Below are positions 1 to 12,996 of a stretch of DNA of 64,000 nt, one piece after another (the stretch's first letter is position 1; the number at the start of each line of letters is the position of its first letter). The notes under the pieces were generated by a model. The model was not told where the DNA came from and ran no database searches. It saw nothing but the letters and a program-made list of their open reading frames with translations. This DNA comes from Tubulanus polymorphus (Eukaryota; Animalia; Nemertea). Location: NCBI RefSeq assembly GCF_964204645.1, contig NC_134033.1, positions 4,054,231 through 4,118,230 on the forward strand. The letters are read 5' to 3'. The position numbers and the translations under genes were made by a program.

Positions 1-648
1 CTGGGTTAGTTCAGTCAGTTCATTGCGGAGTTGATCACATGTTCGCTTTATGCAAGACTTTTATTTGATATTTAACTCTGATGCACATTTTTCACTGAAA
101 TAAAAAAATTACACACATGATTATTCACTAATTTTGTGGTGGTTGTAACTGATTTTCTGTTCTAGTTTAAGTGGAATCTCGTTGATATGAATCTTGTGGG
201 ATGCAATTGTTGAATCAAACTGGTTTCGTCTTTACACAGATTTGTCGTATTAACGATGTTCAACTGAAGTTTTTCCAGTTGTTTGCACCAATTTGTGGTT
301 GGGAGAGTTTGATTTTAACCCTGACCAAGAAGGGTCGACCTTAATAGGAGGTTTAATGGTTCACGTGCTGCAACTTTGATGATAGCGTTGGATGAATGCA
401 CTTTTTTGGAGAATAAAATTTAATTTGCTTTAGATTCTGTCTGTGGCATGTGAGTCTACCTCTTTACCGCTTTATGCAATTAGATTCCGTTGACAGAAGA
501 GTTCTATCAAAAATGGCTTGAAAATCGTTTTAAAAAGAAGATCCCCTTTCCAAAAGCTTAAAAATTATTTGAATTATTCATAGAAAACGGAATCGTGGTG
601 AATAATGAACGAAATTCGGCTAAAAAAATATCTGTATTACTTGCATGC

Positions 649-1322
649 CACAGTAAGATTGCGAGGCTGGGTTAGATATCAACCGTACAGTGCTGCCCCT
701 ATGAATAACGACAGCGGAATTTCTGTGAACTAAAATAGCGCCGCCGGAATATGAATTTCCCAAATTACGTACAATACGGACCAGTGTGGCGCCTAATTCT
801 GATTAAATATGATACTATGAATACTTTATAACTTTTTAATGAAATTTTCTTATTTTTTAGGGAACGATATTCAATTTTGATAGCTAAAATTCACTTTCTT
901 ATCAATTAATTAGTATTTATATTCAGAATAAGTTATTCAGTTATATTTTTGAATGATAATTTATCATCTGAATTGACAAAATTTCCATATTTTTTCTTCG
1001 ATATATTTTAATTGCGCGCAAATAATCAGGGAACATTCAAACACCTGTCGCTCTCTGCCAGACGATACTAAAAATATCCCGATTCAAATTTACTCTTTTA
1101 AGGTTAATTCTCTTATAGAATAATTGTTTGGTTCAAACGTTTCAGAGCAGTTGTAAGATTTGGAGAATCCCTCGGAATCCGGCCCGCAAATCGGTAATTA
1201 GTTCGTCCACTACGGCCGTCCGAAGACTCTGGCAAGCGAGTATTAAGTTAGTTCACGTTTTCCCCGCTATCGTTATATGTAGGGGCAGCACTAGACGGTC
1301 GATATGGAAATCGTGCACTGTG
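649..1322. mobile_element. Non-autonomous DNA transposon (MITE) with imperfect terminal inverted repeats and CAC...GTG ends
   Basis: ATATCAACCGTACAGTGCTGCCCCTATGAATAACGACAGCGG (from 676) is the imperfect reverse complement of CCGCTATCGTTATATGTAGGGGCAGCACTAGACGGTCGATAT (1264-1305). Outermost ends are CACAGTA (649) and CACTGTG (1316-1322). No clear TSD. Confidence 0.6.
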
Positions 1323-2092
1323 GAGCGCGCTCAATTCAATCTCTAATTCTTTATTTACAATGAAACTAAGTCTTTCAATTGATAAAGACTTTAAAGCCAC
1401 AATGATTCCCAACGTACGAGCTTTGATATTGGTTTAAAAGATAAGAATTCATGAGATTTCGTGCCCTCACAGACACACGGACTTTACAGACACGTCCACC
1501 ACAACAGGGACCTGGAGTCAGTGTTTAACGGTAACCTTGCTGTGGCCGTGGTCACTTTCACTTGGCCGTTTAAAGTAAGACATACGTAAGAATAAGAATT
1601 CACAAGATTTCATGTCCTCAGGGACACACAGGGGGACCTCACAGACACAGGGACCTCGGCACTCAGTGTCAATAACCACTTTCACTAGCCAGGCGGCGCC
1701 GCATGCACGACATGGTGCAGGTGATAGTTTCACAAATCTTGATGAGCTGTTGTTACAATTCCTGTTAATTCCTCCTCTTTTCCACATGTTCAGCAGGTTA
1801 CCATCACCAGCTGACTCAACCAGTTTCACCATCTTACTCCCACAGTGGCCGAGTATATCAGTTATGTAAAAACAATCTGTTAATCCAGTAAAGTTGTGAA
1901 AACTTTTGCATAAGCCTTTACTAGTATGTCTGAGAGTTTGAGTTTGAGTTTGTTAATGTGTTTCTCTAGAGACTGTTTCAATTTCATATTTCAGGTTTTC
2001 CTCTCTGGACTGTCGTTGGTAAACTTCATCAAAAATACTGGATGTGGACTTCGACTGAAATTCATCAGTTTTACTTCTTCAGTCAACTTCTT

Positions 2093-2320
2093 CCGGACTA
2101 GTGAACTTACCGGACTACTAGTGAACTAACCGGACTATATGTGAACTTACCGGACTACATGTGAACTACATGTGCACTAACCGGACTACTAGTGAACTAA
2201 CTGGACTACATGTGAACTTACCGGACTACATGGGAACTACATGTGCACTAACCGGACTACTAGTGAACTAACTGGACTACATGTGAACTTACCGAACTAC
2301 ATGTGGACTAACTGGACTAA
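2093..2320. repeat. Irregular minisatellite of CCGGACTACATGTGAACT(T/A)A units (about 20 bp)
   Basis: Repeated ccggactac/atgtgaact motifs seen directly. Confidence 0.85.
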
Positions 2321-2659
2321 AAGTGGATTGATACTCGTAAAAAATAATCAGTGGTTGACTCCTGAAGGTGTGGAACTCTGTATGTGGAATTGTGGAACTC
2401 AGTGGACTATTATTACTGCTAGACAAGGGAGGAGAGACTTGTGTGAGTAGAATTTCTTTTATGTTTCAAAAACAATTATGAGAGAGCAGTTTATCTGTAA
2501 ACATAGTGTTTACTGAGTGTCATAAGAATTGTCAATGGAGTTATTTATTTATAGCAGCCTGTAATTGTGTGACAGGAATTATAATTCAGGGTTTTAGTAA
2601 GAGTATCAATTTCTGCCTTAAAAATTAATTGAATACTTGGCTCAATAGATAAAATTGTA

Positions 2660-3340
2660 TTTTTGGACCAAATTTCATCAAAATTTGTGACGAAAATAAG
2701 GGTCAAAACACAAAATCCTGAATATCTCATTTTAGAGGCCTCAGATCCAAAAACTAACTTCATATTCGTGATCAGCACCCCAAAAAACATGTATGTACCA
2801 AATTTTATTAAAATTGGGCCAAAAAAAAATTTTGACTCTGTACCCCATTTTTGGGTGCATATTTTGGGCATTAAAACCCTTATTTGCCAATGAAGATGAA
2901 TTCCGATTCAAAATCTGATTGCATATCCGGAATCTACACCACAGAATACATCTTCCTACCAAGTTTACAAGGAATCAGAGAAAAAAAATTTTTCGCCGAA
3001 AAAAAACTCCTGGATTTTACACCTTAGATTTTTGCCGTTTTTGGCCAAAAAATCGAATCTCTTCGATTTGCTTAAAATTTTAGTCCTTACTATTTTCAGG
3101 GGCGCTGATTCCAAATCTGCAATCAGATTTTGAATATCTCGAAAATTCTGGGGTCCAAGGCCTTTTGACAATTTAGGGGTCCCCCCAAAAATTAGAATTT
3201 CTCATTTTTGGGGCCTCGGATCCGAAAAATTCTTTCAGATTTGTAATCAGCACCCCAGAATACATGTATATACTGAATTTCATCGAAATCGGAGACAAAA
3301 AATATTTGACCCCTGACCCTCATTTTGGGGGTACCTTAGA
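2660..3340. mobile_element. Probable DNA-transposon subterminal region with direct and inverted AATCAGCACCCC-like motifs
   Basis: The motif appears at about 2770 (+), 2930 (+), 3105 (-) and 3245 (+). 2905-2945 is an imperfect inverted copy of 3098-3135. No coding capacity. Confidence 0.4.
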
Positions 3341-3699
3341 TTGCCATTTCTCTGATACACCGGTAACTAGACTTAACTCTAACTCTGTATGTTTGATTGA
3401 TGGCCTTAAATCTATTAAGTTTCATGTATATTTTTAGGATGTTTGTCATCAATATGGTGGAACTATGATCAGGACTACATCAGATGGTGTGGGCAGTGTT
3501 CAAACTCAGCGACAGGATAAACAAACAAACGAACTCATATTGGGAGAACTTGACTTCAGTTATAGTGAACTTTATGTCCACGAGGACAAAATAATAACAT
3601 TACTGCTGATGGGATTATCTGTTTGAACTAGAAACTGTTAACGGTATTCTAGATAGAAAACAAGAGGAACATAAGTTCAGGTGATATGCCATCCTATCC

Positions 3700-4345
3700 T
3701 CTCTATCTCTTTCTATCCTCTCTCATTCTCACTCTCTCCTCACTCTGTTTCATTCTCACTCTCTCCTCACTCTGTCTCATTCTCACTCTCTCCTCACTCT
3801 GTTTCACTCCTCATCTCTCCTCACTCTGTCTCATTCTCACTCTCTCCTCACTCTGTTTCACTCTCATCTCTCCTCACTCTGTCTCATTCTCACTCTCTCC
3901 TCACTCTGTTTCACTCTCATCTCTCCTTTCTCTGTCTCATTCTCACTCTCTCCTCACTCTGTTTCACTCTCATCTCTCCTCACTCTGTCTCATTCTCACT
4001 CTCTCACTCTGTTTCACTCTCATCTCTCCTCATTCTGTCTCATTCTCACTCTCTCCTCACTCTGTTTCACTCTCATCTCTCCTTTCTCTGTCTCATTCTC
4101 ACTCTCTCCTCACTCTGTTTCACTCTCATCTCTCCTCATTCTGTCTCATTCTCACTCTCTCCTCACTCTGTTTCACTCTCATCTCTCCTCACCTCACTCT
4201 GTCTCATTCTCACTCTCTCCTCACTCTGTTTCACTCTCATCTCTCCTCACTCTGTTTCACTCTCATCTCTCCTCACTCTGTCTCATTCTCACTCTCTCCT
4301 CACTCTGTTTCACTCTCATCTCTCCTCCTCTCGTCTCATTCTCTA
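3700..4345. repeat. Pyrimidine-rich compound minisatellite (26-27 bp units CACTCTGTCTCATTCTCACTCTCTCCT / CACTCTGTTTCACTCTCATCTCTCCT)
   Basis: Alternating units seen directly; they explain the low-complexity ORFs 3681-4364 and 3686-4438. Confidence 0.95.
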
Positions 4346-4467
4346 TTACCATCTACCGGGTTGAAATGGGAACTAATTCCTGTCTCGCCCGGTAGATGGC
4401 ATTATTTTTTTGATAAAATTTGCTTAAGCAATGGATAAATATGAGTTCCTCTGTGTGCTGCCAGTAC

Positions 4468-4540
4468 GTCCCTATAGCGTAGTGGGTAGGGTGCTGGACT
4501 GCTAGTCGAATGGTTGGTGGTTCAAATCCCATTTTAGATG
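4468..4540 (+). pseudogene. tRNA-derived SINE head or tRNA pseudogene
   Basis: A-box-like TAGCGTAGTGGGT and B-box GGTTCAAATCC at tRNA spacing, but poor acceptor-stem pairing. Confidence 0.55.
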
Positions 4541-4843
4541 ATTTATGTTTCAATAAAATTTGAATTTTACTTTTGCAAACAAGCTGTAAGAAATTCCTAC
4601 TTTGAATTTGGAATAAATTCTTTGATTTGTACTTTGCGTTTGTCCTTTCCTATTTGACTTTGTCCTTTCCTTGATTGTGTAAGCGGAAGAGTCCTTTCCG
4701 GGGCAGTGTCGAGTATGAAGTTGTGAGGGGAAGAGTCCTTTCCGGAGCCCGAGACAGAGATTTTTAGTAAGACGAGCATTTTATGTATATGGACGTTTAT
4801 TTATTTACGTTACTTTATAACATGCGGCAAAACGAAATAATGA

Positions 4844-5222
4844 CGGAGTAGAGTCTGCGTCTCGAGGTTTGGAGATGGTGCTTTAGTCGGAGTAGAGTCT
4901 GCGTCTCGAGGTTTGGAGATGGTGCTTTAGTCGGAGTAGAGTCTGCGTCTCGAGGTTTGGAGATGGTGCTTTAGTCGGAGTAGAGTCTGCGTCTCGAGGT
5001 TTGGAGATGGTGCTTTAGTCGGAGTAGAGTCTGCGTCTCGAGGTTTGGAGATGGTGCTTTAGTCGGAGTAGAGTCTATGTCTCGAGGTTTGGAGATGGTG
5101 CTTTAGTCGGAGTAGAGTCTGCGTCTCGAGGTTTGGAGATGGAGTGGAGTCTGCATCTCGAGGTTTGGAGATGGTGCTTTAGTCGGAGTTGAGTCTGCGT
5201 CTCGAGATTTGAAGATGTTGCT
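4844..5222. repeat. 44-bp tandem repeat, about 8.5 copies
   Basis: CGGAGTAGAGTCTGCGTCTCGAGGTTTGGAGATGGTGCTTTAGT repeated head-to-tail; distal copies are degenerate and there are no spacers. Confidence 0.95.
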
Positions 5223-5596
5223 GTAACTCAAATATAGCCGGCTGAAAAACAAATCGGATAATCGTCAAGCTATTGAAGAAGATTGAATATGCAAAATGTA
5301 AGGATGGGTGTAGTTTAATATAATTACCTTATCTTAATGTAAAGATACCGAAACAGCAAAATGTGGGTTGATGCGGTTCCCAATGCAGCAGCAGCGGCAG
5401 ACTAGTTAGGACGTTGCGACAAACGAGTTGTGTACATGTAGTAGTAGCGAACTGGTTTCGGTTTAACCCTAAAAAGACACAATATTCATAATGTATGAAT
5501 GTGCGCGAAATAGAACATCGGAAATCAGCGACAACAGCAACTCGTCTTCATCAGCAAATTAGCCGTAATCTGTTTGTAGTTGAAATCAGACATCAA

Positions 5597-5623
5597 CAGC
5601 AGCAGCAGCAGCAGCAGCAGCAG
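5597..5623. repeat. (CAG)9 microsatellite
   Basis: Seen directly. Confidence 0.9.
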
Positions 5624-6726
5624 TATCGGGATCTCCACCGCAATCATCAGCATCAACAGCCGCCAGTCTCATCTTGCGTTCTCAATCGCTAGGCGTCACA
5701 AATTCCTTCACGTTCCAGTCTCTCCTAACATCATCAGCCGCTTATCAGTAGGTTGTTTGCTTAAAGCCACACGTTCTTCACGCCTTGTTGCAGAGCTCTT
5801 ACAGGTCGACCTTCATCACTGGACATCGGTTCTCGGACTGGCACCGGGCGGCTCGAACCGCGCTTCTAATACCTACGTCAACCAATCAACGACGGTGCAT
5901 CATCGATGCGACCGGAATGGGTCAATCAGAAAGCTCGATCGCGCATTCCTGTGACAGACCCGAGTCCGTGACGCTAATCCGAAAGAACTATTCAATTCGT
6001 GCCAAACATTTTCAATGGGGCCTACAGGTCATCGAGTTTAATTCGACTATTCATAGAGGCACATATTGTTTAAGATAGAAATATCGAATGCTACGATTTT
6101 TGCCTAAAATTGTAAGCTGAAATTTTATCTAAAATATCCAACAAACTTTAGTGTAGATTTCCCTTCTATTTACGTCTGGTTTTGAACTATAATACCGGCT
6201 CAATTTTACTATTTTCGAGTTTTGCTTTAGGATATCGAAGTTTGCTTAAGGGTTTGTGCAGTGACGCGGCACTATTGTGTAGTAGAGCGTATGCCAGGTC
6301 TCCAGTGAGTGATTCTCTATTGGATAGAGTCGTTTTCAATCCGAATTTATACACAAGTTCACCAGACATCGCCGCGTACACATCTTCTTTAACCGAAATC
6401 TGGTGAAGTTAAAAAAATTATCAAAGTTTTATCATCAGTTGAGAAAGAACTGTGATTGATCACCGCGCGCGCTGCTTGCACCGAATAGTCGCTTGGATTT
6501 CTTCAGTTCGAAGAATTGAATAAATATAAAAAAATTTCCCAAACCCTCACCACTAAACTTAAAATAACAAACTAATATTGTAAAAAAGTCGAAGGTCCCT
6601 GGGGGAATTACTCCGCAGCCTGGACCGGTATTGTGGGATAAATAAATAATTCAGCCAGAAACGACTGAATTAAACATAATTTACCAGTTATTTCACCAGT
6701 TCACCAGTTAGTTCACCAGTTATTTT

Positions 6727-6892
6727 GTAGGACTCACGCATTAGCAACCTCATTCCAGGGAGGACAGTACTCTCGACTCGCCCGCTTACCGGAGATCATT
6801 TGCCACATCCTGACCCGCCTCCTCCGAGACTCGAACCCGGGCCACAGCGGTGACACGCTAGTCGCCGACCGACTAAGCCATCCGGTCCGCCC
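6727..6892 (-). mobile_element. tRNA-derived SINE
   Basis: The minus strand reads GGGCGGACCGGA-TGGCTTAGTCGG (A box)...TGTCACCGCTGTGGCCC-GGGTTCGAGTC (B box), followed by a non-tRNA body. Confidence 0.7.
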
Positions 6893-7912
6893 GATTGTGA
6901 TTGGAAAACATTCTAACATGTAACTACGTGTAACCATGTTACATGTACATGTACCATGTACATGTAACCATCGATTTCAAATTTGATTCATGCAACTGAT
7001 TTCATGATGCTGTATTTTGTCGAGATACATTTGGAAAAGTGGCTTAATTACATCAGCAAACTGCAGAATTTCTTTTCTATTGCGTCTGGCAAATCCGGTA
7101 AAATCCACCGAATTACTCATTAATTCGTTTAATTTGTATTTATCTCGAATTTAGCTTTAACTCACAACTGTGCCACCGGGTCCGGCATGTTTATCCCCGT
7201 ATCAACGCGGCGAACCATTCGTTTCGGGATTCGAACCCAACGGCAGAGTAGAAATTTTGAATTATTTCTGTTTAGGAAATTAAGGTTAGGTTAGGTTTAA
7301 GCTAAGTCGAACAGATGACGGACCCTAGTTATAGCAAACTGAAAAACAGTAGACTCAATCTTAACTCGAATCGATTGTGATCTCAGTGATTTGTGTTTGA
7401 ATTCCAATTAACGGAAATCTGATTGCCAGCTTCGAATGTAAGTATTCCAATATTCATTTTCGGAGTTTTAATGCTTATTCGACTTGAAGAGATTCGAGTT
7501 ACGAGTAATCTAACAATTTATCAGATATAAACAATCGAAAACATTTTTGTTTCATTGCATATTGGGTCATACAATCCACATCGTATATGTTGTAACCCGC
7601 TTTAATCGTCTGACACTAAAACCATTCTGGATTCTGTATTTAGACGCGAGACAAATATGAAAATATTGAGAAATAACTAAAATTGTGGATTTGTCACCTG
7701 ACGCTCAATAACACAAAACTTTTGCAGGGATTTACTGAAACTGAAGTGTCCGTTCAAACTTTTAAATTGGCTTTAAGTGCAAAATATAAAACCAATTCTA
7801 AACACATTTTGACCTGGTCCAGAGTTGATACGGGCAATTCGGCAGTATAGGAAGGTGGGCTAGACTATAACGGGCACCGAGGAGTCGGGTAAAGGTTTGT
7901 GAAAGGTTGCCA

Positions 7913-8101
<189 letters not shown>

Positions 8102-8228
8102 AATGAAGTGTGGGTTTGACTATTTCACGGAATGGCTTCTTATTGTAATAATGTTATAAATGTGTAAGTCACCGGGTCCGGAGATTGTGGTTCTAAACAA
8201 CGCAACAGATGTCGCCTTCGCTAATTTA

Positions 8229-8642
8229 CACTTGTCGTAGAGTTTTCTCAGGAGACTCAGGAGGTTAGCTCGGTGGGCACAGGACGGCGCTCCGGCCCAC
8301 AGACTGATGGAGGTTAGAAACTGACTTTCACCGAGATGGTTATTGCGCTTTGCGTCCTGTCAGACGTCAACTTCACTCACAAATCCTCAAGCTCGTGCCA
8401 CTAATTTCCCAATTAACTGAATTACTGTAGAGATTGATTTAAAAGTTGAAATAATGTTCCTGTAACTGGTATCTGGCTGATGAATGGAGATGTCATCAAC
8501 TTAAGCAAGCAGAGCCTCATCAGAAATGATTTTGTCCCAGAAACCGATTTTACATTCGAATAAACTTTGTACAATTTTGAATAAAAGTCATGTAGGAATC
8601 AAGGTTTCAAATTGGTCACTTTATTTAAATCTGCAACAAGTG
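8229..8642 (+). mobile_element. Decayed Tc1/mariner-derived element
   Basis: TA-flanked TIRs CACTTGTCGTAG...CTGCAACAAGTG. Internal translation RRLARWAQDGAPAHRLMEVR matches the Tc1/mariner second-Asp motif QDGAPAH. Confidence 0.7.
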
Positions 8643-9673
8643 TAAATTACGAGTCTCCTTTATTTTAATAATTCTTGCTCAGTCACACGTATAAAAACAA
8701 TAAACCAAATACAATACTTCGGAATAGTGAAGCTGATCTTTGAGTGAATACCTGGCTTAGTTGAATAAAAAGTTTTATAATCAGTTTTATAATCTTTGGT
8801 TATAAATATATCCGAAAAATGACATCTGTTGCGTTTTCTAAGAACCACCCGATAGAGTTTGGATGCTGTAACGACGCTTTGCTCATATGCTGGTGCTGTA
8901 TCTCTCCGCTGCTGGTTCAAGGTTCCGATAACGATATACATTTGACAATGTCGCGTTCCTCTAGGTAAGTGAAGTGTTTAGCGATTTGAAATAGTCAAAA
9001 CCAAGATAGACACTTTCGAAATAATGCATTTATCTATAACCATTTCGAATTCTCTTGAACTTCGAGTGTTTGGTGTGTTGACGAAACCCATTATTTCGGT
9101 ATTTCTATGAAAAGTTCTTAAAGCCGACCTAAATTGCAGAAATCGAATTCTTTATTTCAAACACTTTATTTTCATTGAACATACACGCAATGCATTTCAG
9201 TATTTACACCTCGCATATCTTCAGGTATTCCACCTCCTCACAACGTTATTCACTTATACTACGACACCCTACAAAACAAATAGCATCAACATTTTAAAAA
9301 TATGCAGGGCATATTTATGAAAAGGTGGTTGTGGTTGTTAGGCTTTATAGACACGTCAGTGATACCTTTTCAACGTGTATTTCTAACTCAAATTCGTTTT
9401 AACAGTGTCTTAATCTCTTAACCTAACCCTAAGCAGAACGCCGTCCCCAAATATGTGGAACTGCATCACGAAACGGCCTAGATAGTGGAAGGCGATGGAG
9501 GGAGACGTGTTCGCGCCGGTGGAGGGAGACTCCGACTATTTCGTGTTCACTCAAGGAACAACTCGAAAAAACTTTGTATCAATTGCATCAGGTCAATTTC
9601 AGCTTCACTTCAATGTATTTTACTGATTTTATACGTGTGACTGAGCAAGAACAATAAGAGAATAAGTAATTTA

Positions 9674-10340
9674 CACTTGTCGCAGATTCAACCAAAATTA
9701 CAAACTTAAAACAGAACACAAGAACATGATATGATTTATTTTTCACTTGAAGATAACAATGAAATAAAGAATGCCGAGTTAACATCAATAAGTGAGGGTG
9801 CGGTCACAGAGCTCACAGGCTGTAACAACTTTGGACCAAGCCAAGTGGTTTCCGCAATGGTTTACCACGGTAATTTTATTCAAAATCTGCCATCATATTT
9901 TAGAATACTTTCACTAGCTTTATTTACTTGCAGAAGCCGATTCGTCGCTGGAGACCAGAAAGGGCCATCACAAAATAGCTATGTCTTCATTCATTCGGCT
10001 CGGAGAAAGTACAGTCAACATCGCTTAAGTCTTCTTTAGTTGGGAGAATCGTTTAGATGATGACTTACCGAAAGAACGTATTACAAATTACTCCAGAGAA
10101 TTGTAAATACAAATACTGATGTAGTGTGATGACTTATCTGATAATGACTTAAGCGAGGTTGACTGTAGTGCCAAGGTGTTAGGTCTGGTAAACGAGGGGA
10201 TCATCTGTTGGTCGGAAATTGAAAAAACCATTTTAGTAAAAAAGTCTATTTCTGTCATGAATTCGCCGGTGGGCCGGAGCGCCGTCCTGTGCCCACCGAG
10301 CTAACCTCCTCGGTCTCCTGAGAAAACTATACGACAAGTG
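9674..10340 (-). mobile_element. Decayed Tc1/mariner-derived element (inverted partner of 8229-8642) containing a nested MITE
   Basis: Same TIRs and TA flanks. The minus strand gives WAQDGAPAHRR and *SPRLPDLTPWH-YFL (decayed WPPRSPDLTPxDYFL) once the nested MITE is removed. Confidence 0.75.
10012..10165. mobile_element. 154-bp pogo/Tc1-type MITE
   Basis: TIRs CAGTCAACATCGCTTAAGTC / GACTTAAGCGAGGTTGACTG with TA on both sides; removing it restores the mariner motif. Confidence 0.85.
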
Positions 10341-10619
10341 TAAATTAAGCGAAGGCGACATCTGTTGCGTTGTTTAGAACCACAATCTGCGGAACCGGTA
10401 ACTTACACATTTATAAAATTATTACAATAAGAAGCCATTCCGTGAAATAGCCAAACCCGAACTTCATACCACTCGTCATAACCGGATTAATCGTCCTTGA
10501 CCGATCAGAGATTTCATTCATAATTCCAGGCAAGCAGACGATCAAAACTAATTTGAATCGATGATTTAGAAAAAAAATGCAATCTATATTTAATAAATGC
10601 GACCATCTTGCCAAGCCTA

Positions 10620-11880
10620 TAGCTCGACTACTCTCAGGTGCTGTATAAATGTCTCGAACGATTGAACCGGTTACAAGTCGGTTTTACAAGTAATATTTCA
10701 TTGTCCAGTTTTATGGAATAAATTTCAAGTTTCCTTTATCTGATAAATGGTTTTACAGAGGACTCCTCGTAACTCAAATTTGTCAAAACCGGCAAGTGGA
10801 ATTATCATTTCAAACTTTAATACAAATAATTTAGAACCATTACAACAAAAGAATATCAAGAATATCAATCAGGTTTTTCTAACATCTCAAACATTAATCA
10901 CTGGTCAGAAATTAATTCAAGTTAAGAGGAATGTTAGGAGTCTAATGTATCTGAAATTGCTGTAACGAGGACCAATCTGTTTGATAGATAGGCTTAAACC
11001 CGACCTAACCTAAGTTTCCTATACGAAAAACTGTTAGAAATTCTACTCACCAATTCATGGATTACTTCGATCAGTCTTCTGTTTGTTACTTAGAAGATAA
11101 GACATCCAAGCAGGCTACAGCACTGAGCTCTGTTGGTCCAGGTTGGTAAAGTCCAGCACGCAGACAGCAATCGGGTCTGGAGTAATCGAGGAATGTCTGA
11201 TCCAAATATGCATTTGTTGATTTAGTCCGCAGCAGGTATTGACAGCAAACAGGTCCCGAGTAAGAGAAGAAGGCCTGTGTATTTGTTGATTAAGTCCAGC
11301 ACGCATTGACAGCAATCAGAGGAAGTAGAGCTTCTCTGAAAAAACGTAATGATCACCGTTATGATTTTTAATTTGACTCCATACAATCCGTTATATCCAG
11401 TATTAAAAAACCTACAAATCTACTCACCACCAATTCAATTCTGTGTGGAGAATCATAGATTATTTTGAAAACAGCGTTGGTTTAGTCAGCCCCGCGGTAT
11501 TGGAAGCAATGAGGTCCTCAATGAGGAATGGCTGATCTGAAAAAGAAGACAATTTCATATTTTTTACAGGTTTCAATTCTGACTGATGAATCAATATTCA
11601 AATAAAGAAGCCCGAGCCCTTATAGCTTATAGATTTACAAAATCCCGTTTAAGATTCAACTCACCTAACCTCACGTAAGGACTGGACATATATTCGCGTG
11701 TATAGTGAATTAAACGTGTGTCAAGAATTAATCCTCAAAATTGGTTCAATTCAAATCGAACACGTATTACATGATTTCAAAGACCGAGGACAATAACAGG
11801 ACACAATATGACTGAGTTTGTCATAATGCGGTTCAATGGACACGAGCACCACTGGCTACAAAATACCACTGAACTACAAA
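10620..11880 (-). other. Copy of a dispersed multi-exon, apparently non-coding unit ('Rep-A')
   Basis: Reverse-complement homology to 22630-25950, 35115-36250 and 53943-55085, with conserved TTTTCAG acceptors and GTGAGT donors. Confidence 0.6.
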
Positions 11881-12188
11881 CGCGTGGTTCTATGATAATA
11901 CGTACCACACCCTCTGTACTATTCTAACAAACTCAAAAATATTCATTTCAAATACAATGAATAAGAAGTGGACCAGTGGGTATCAATAATTCATTAGCTG
12001 GAGGATACATCGGTCAAATATAAGAAGTGGACCAGTCCTCATTAGAATGCACAAGAAATATCTTAGCACAGTTTGCACTACATTCAAATAATCAATTTCC
12101 ATTGTTTATGACTCGAATTGTCGCTGAATTCGAAGAAAATTCTTAGAACTATTAGCGATAGACTGTAAACTAATGCCTCGATCAAAAA

Positions 12189-12412
12189 TCATTCCCAGGC
12201 CTAGCTCATTCTCAGACCTAGCTTATTCCTAGACCTAGCTCATTCCCACCACACCTAGCTCATTATCAGACCTAGCTCATTCCCGCCAGACCTAGCTCAT
12301 TCCCGCCAGACCTAGCTCATTCCCAGACCTAGCTCATTCTCAGACCTAGCTCATTCCCAGACCTAGCTCATTCCCAGACCTAGCTCATTCTCAGACCTAG
12401 CTCATCCCGCCA
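12189..12412. repeat. 17-20 bp minisatellite (CCCAGACCTAGCTCATT), about 12 copies
   Basis: Seen directly. Confidence 0.92.
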
Positions 12413-12996
12413 GCCCACGAATTGTTATCGCGGGATAAAACGAAAAACTACCGTTTTATCGCGAAAATGAACCCACAACATTTCGGTTTTTACTGACAGC
12501 CATCATCAGGAATCTGTTAGAAATAAAGAGATGTTGCGCACGTAATGTCGCGCTAGAGAGTCGCCATATACGTAAACAAAAACAAAAGATAACCACAGTA
12601 TTTACGAACGTTCTTAGTTAAGTTCGACTCCCAGAGTTAAGATCAGTATTTCGATACATGGATTGTCAATGTTCGAACTCAGTATGCTCGCGTTCCCAGC
12701 GGTACATGCCCTGTGGCGGTTCTCGATGAAAGTTCTGTTCTGGTTGGTGTAATAGGCCAAAAACACCGGGGTGCCTTTTGCTCAAAAGTTGATTACAGTT
12801 AACCAATGGATGGTCAGGCGTCCCGAGGAATTTTCATAGGGGTTCAAATTAGCATCAATCCAGCATCCGAGCACAATGTCTGGTGTTTGGTGGACATGCC
12901 CCTCAGTAACTGGCCCCGGAATGTTCTCTCTCCTCTCCGATGACGAACTAATGAGAAATACACGTCTTGTCTTTCGTGAATTAGTATTTATTGATA

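Noticed and set aside
1400-2090. Possible viral/HUH relic (YHLHHVVH in one minus frame) and ORFs 1518-1832 and 1612-1869
   Set aside because: The frame is full of stops and there is no helicase or other supporting motif.
3681-4438. 227-aa and 250-aa ORFs
   Set aside because: Stop-free translations of a CT-rich minisatellite.
4468-4540. Functional tRNA gene
   Set aside because: A and B boxes are present but the acceptor and anticodon stems pair poorly; treated as a SINE or pseudogene.
4844-5222. CRISPR-like regular repeat
   Set aside because: Head-to-tail 44-bp units with no unique spacers, no cas genes, and a eukaryotic context.
9418-9435. Interstitial telomere-like TAACCTAACCCTAA
   Set aside because: Too short and imperfect; similar GGTTAG motifs occur within local repeats.
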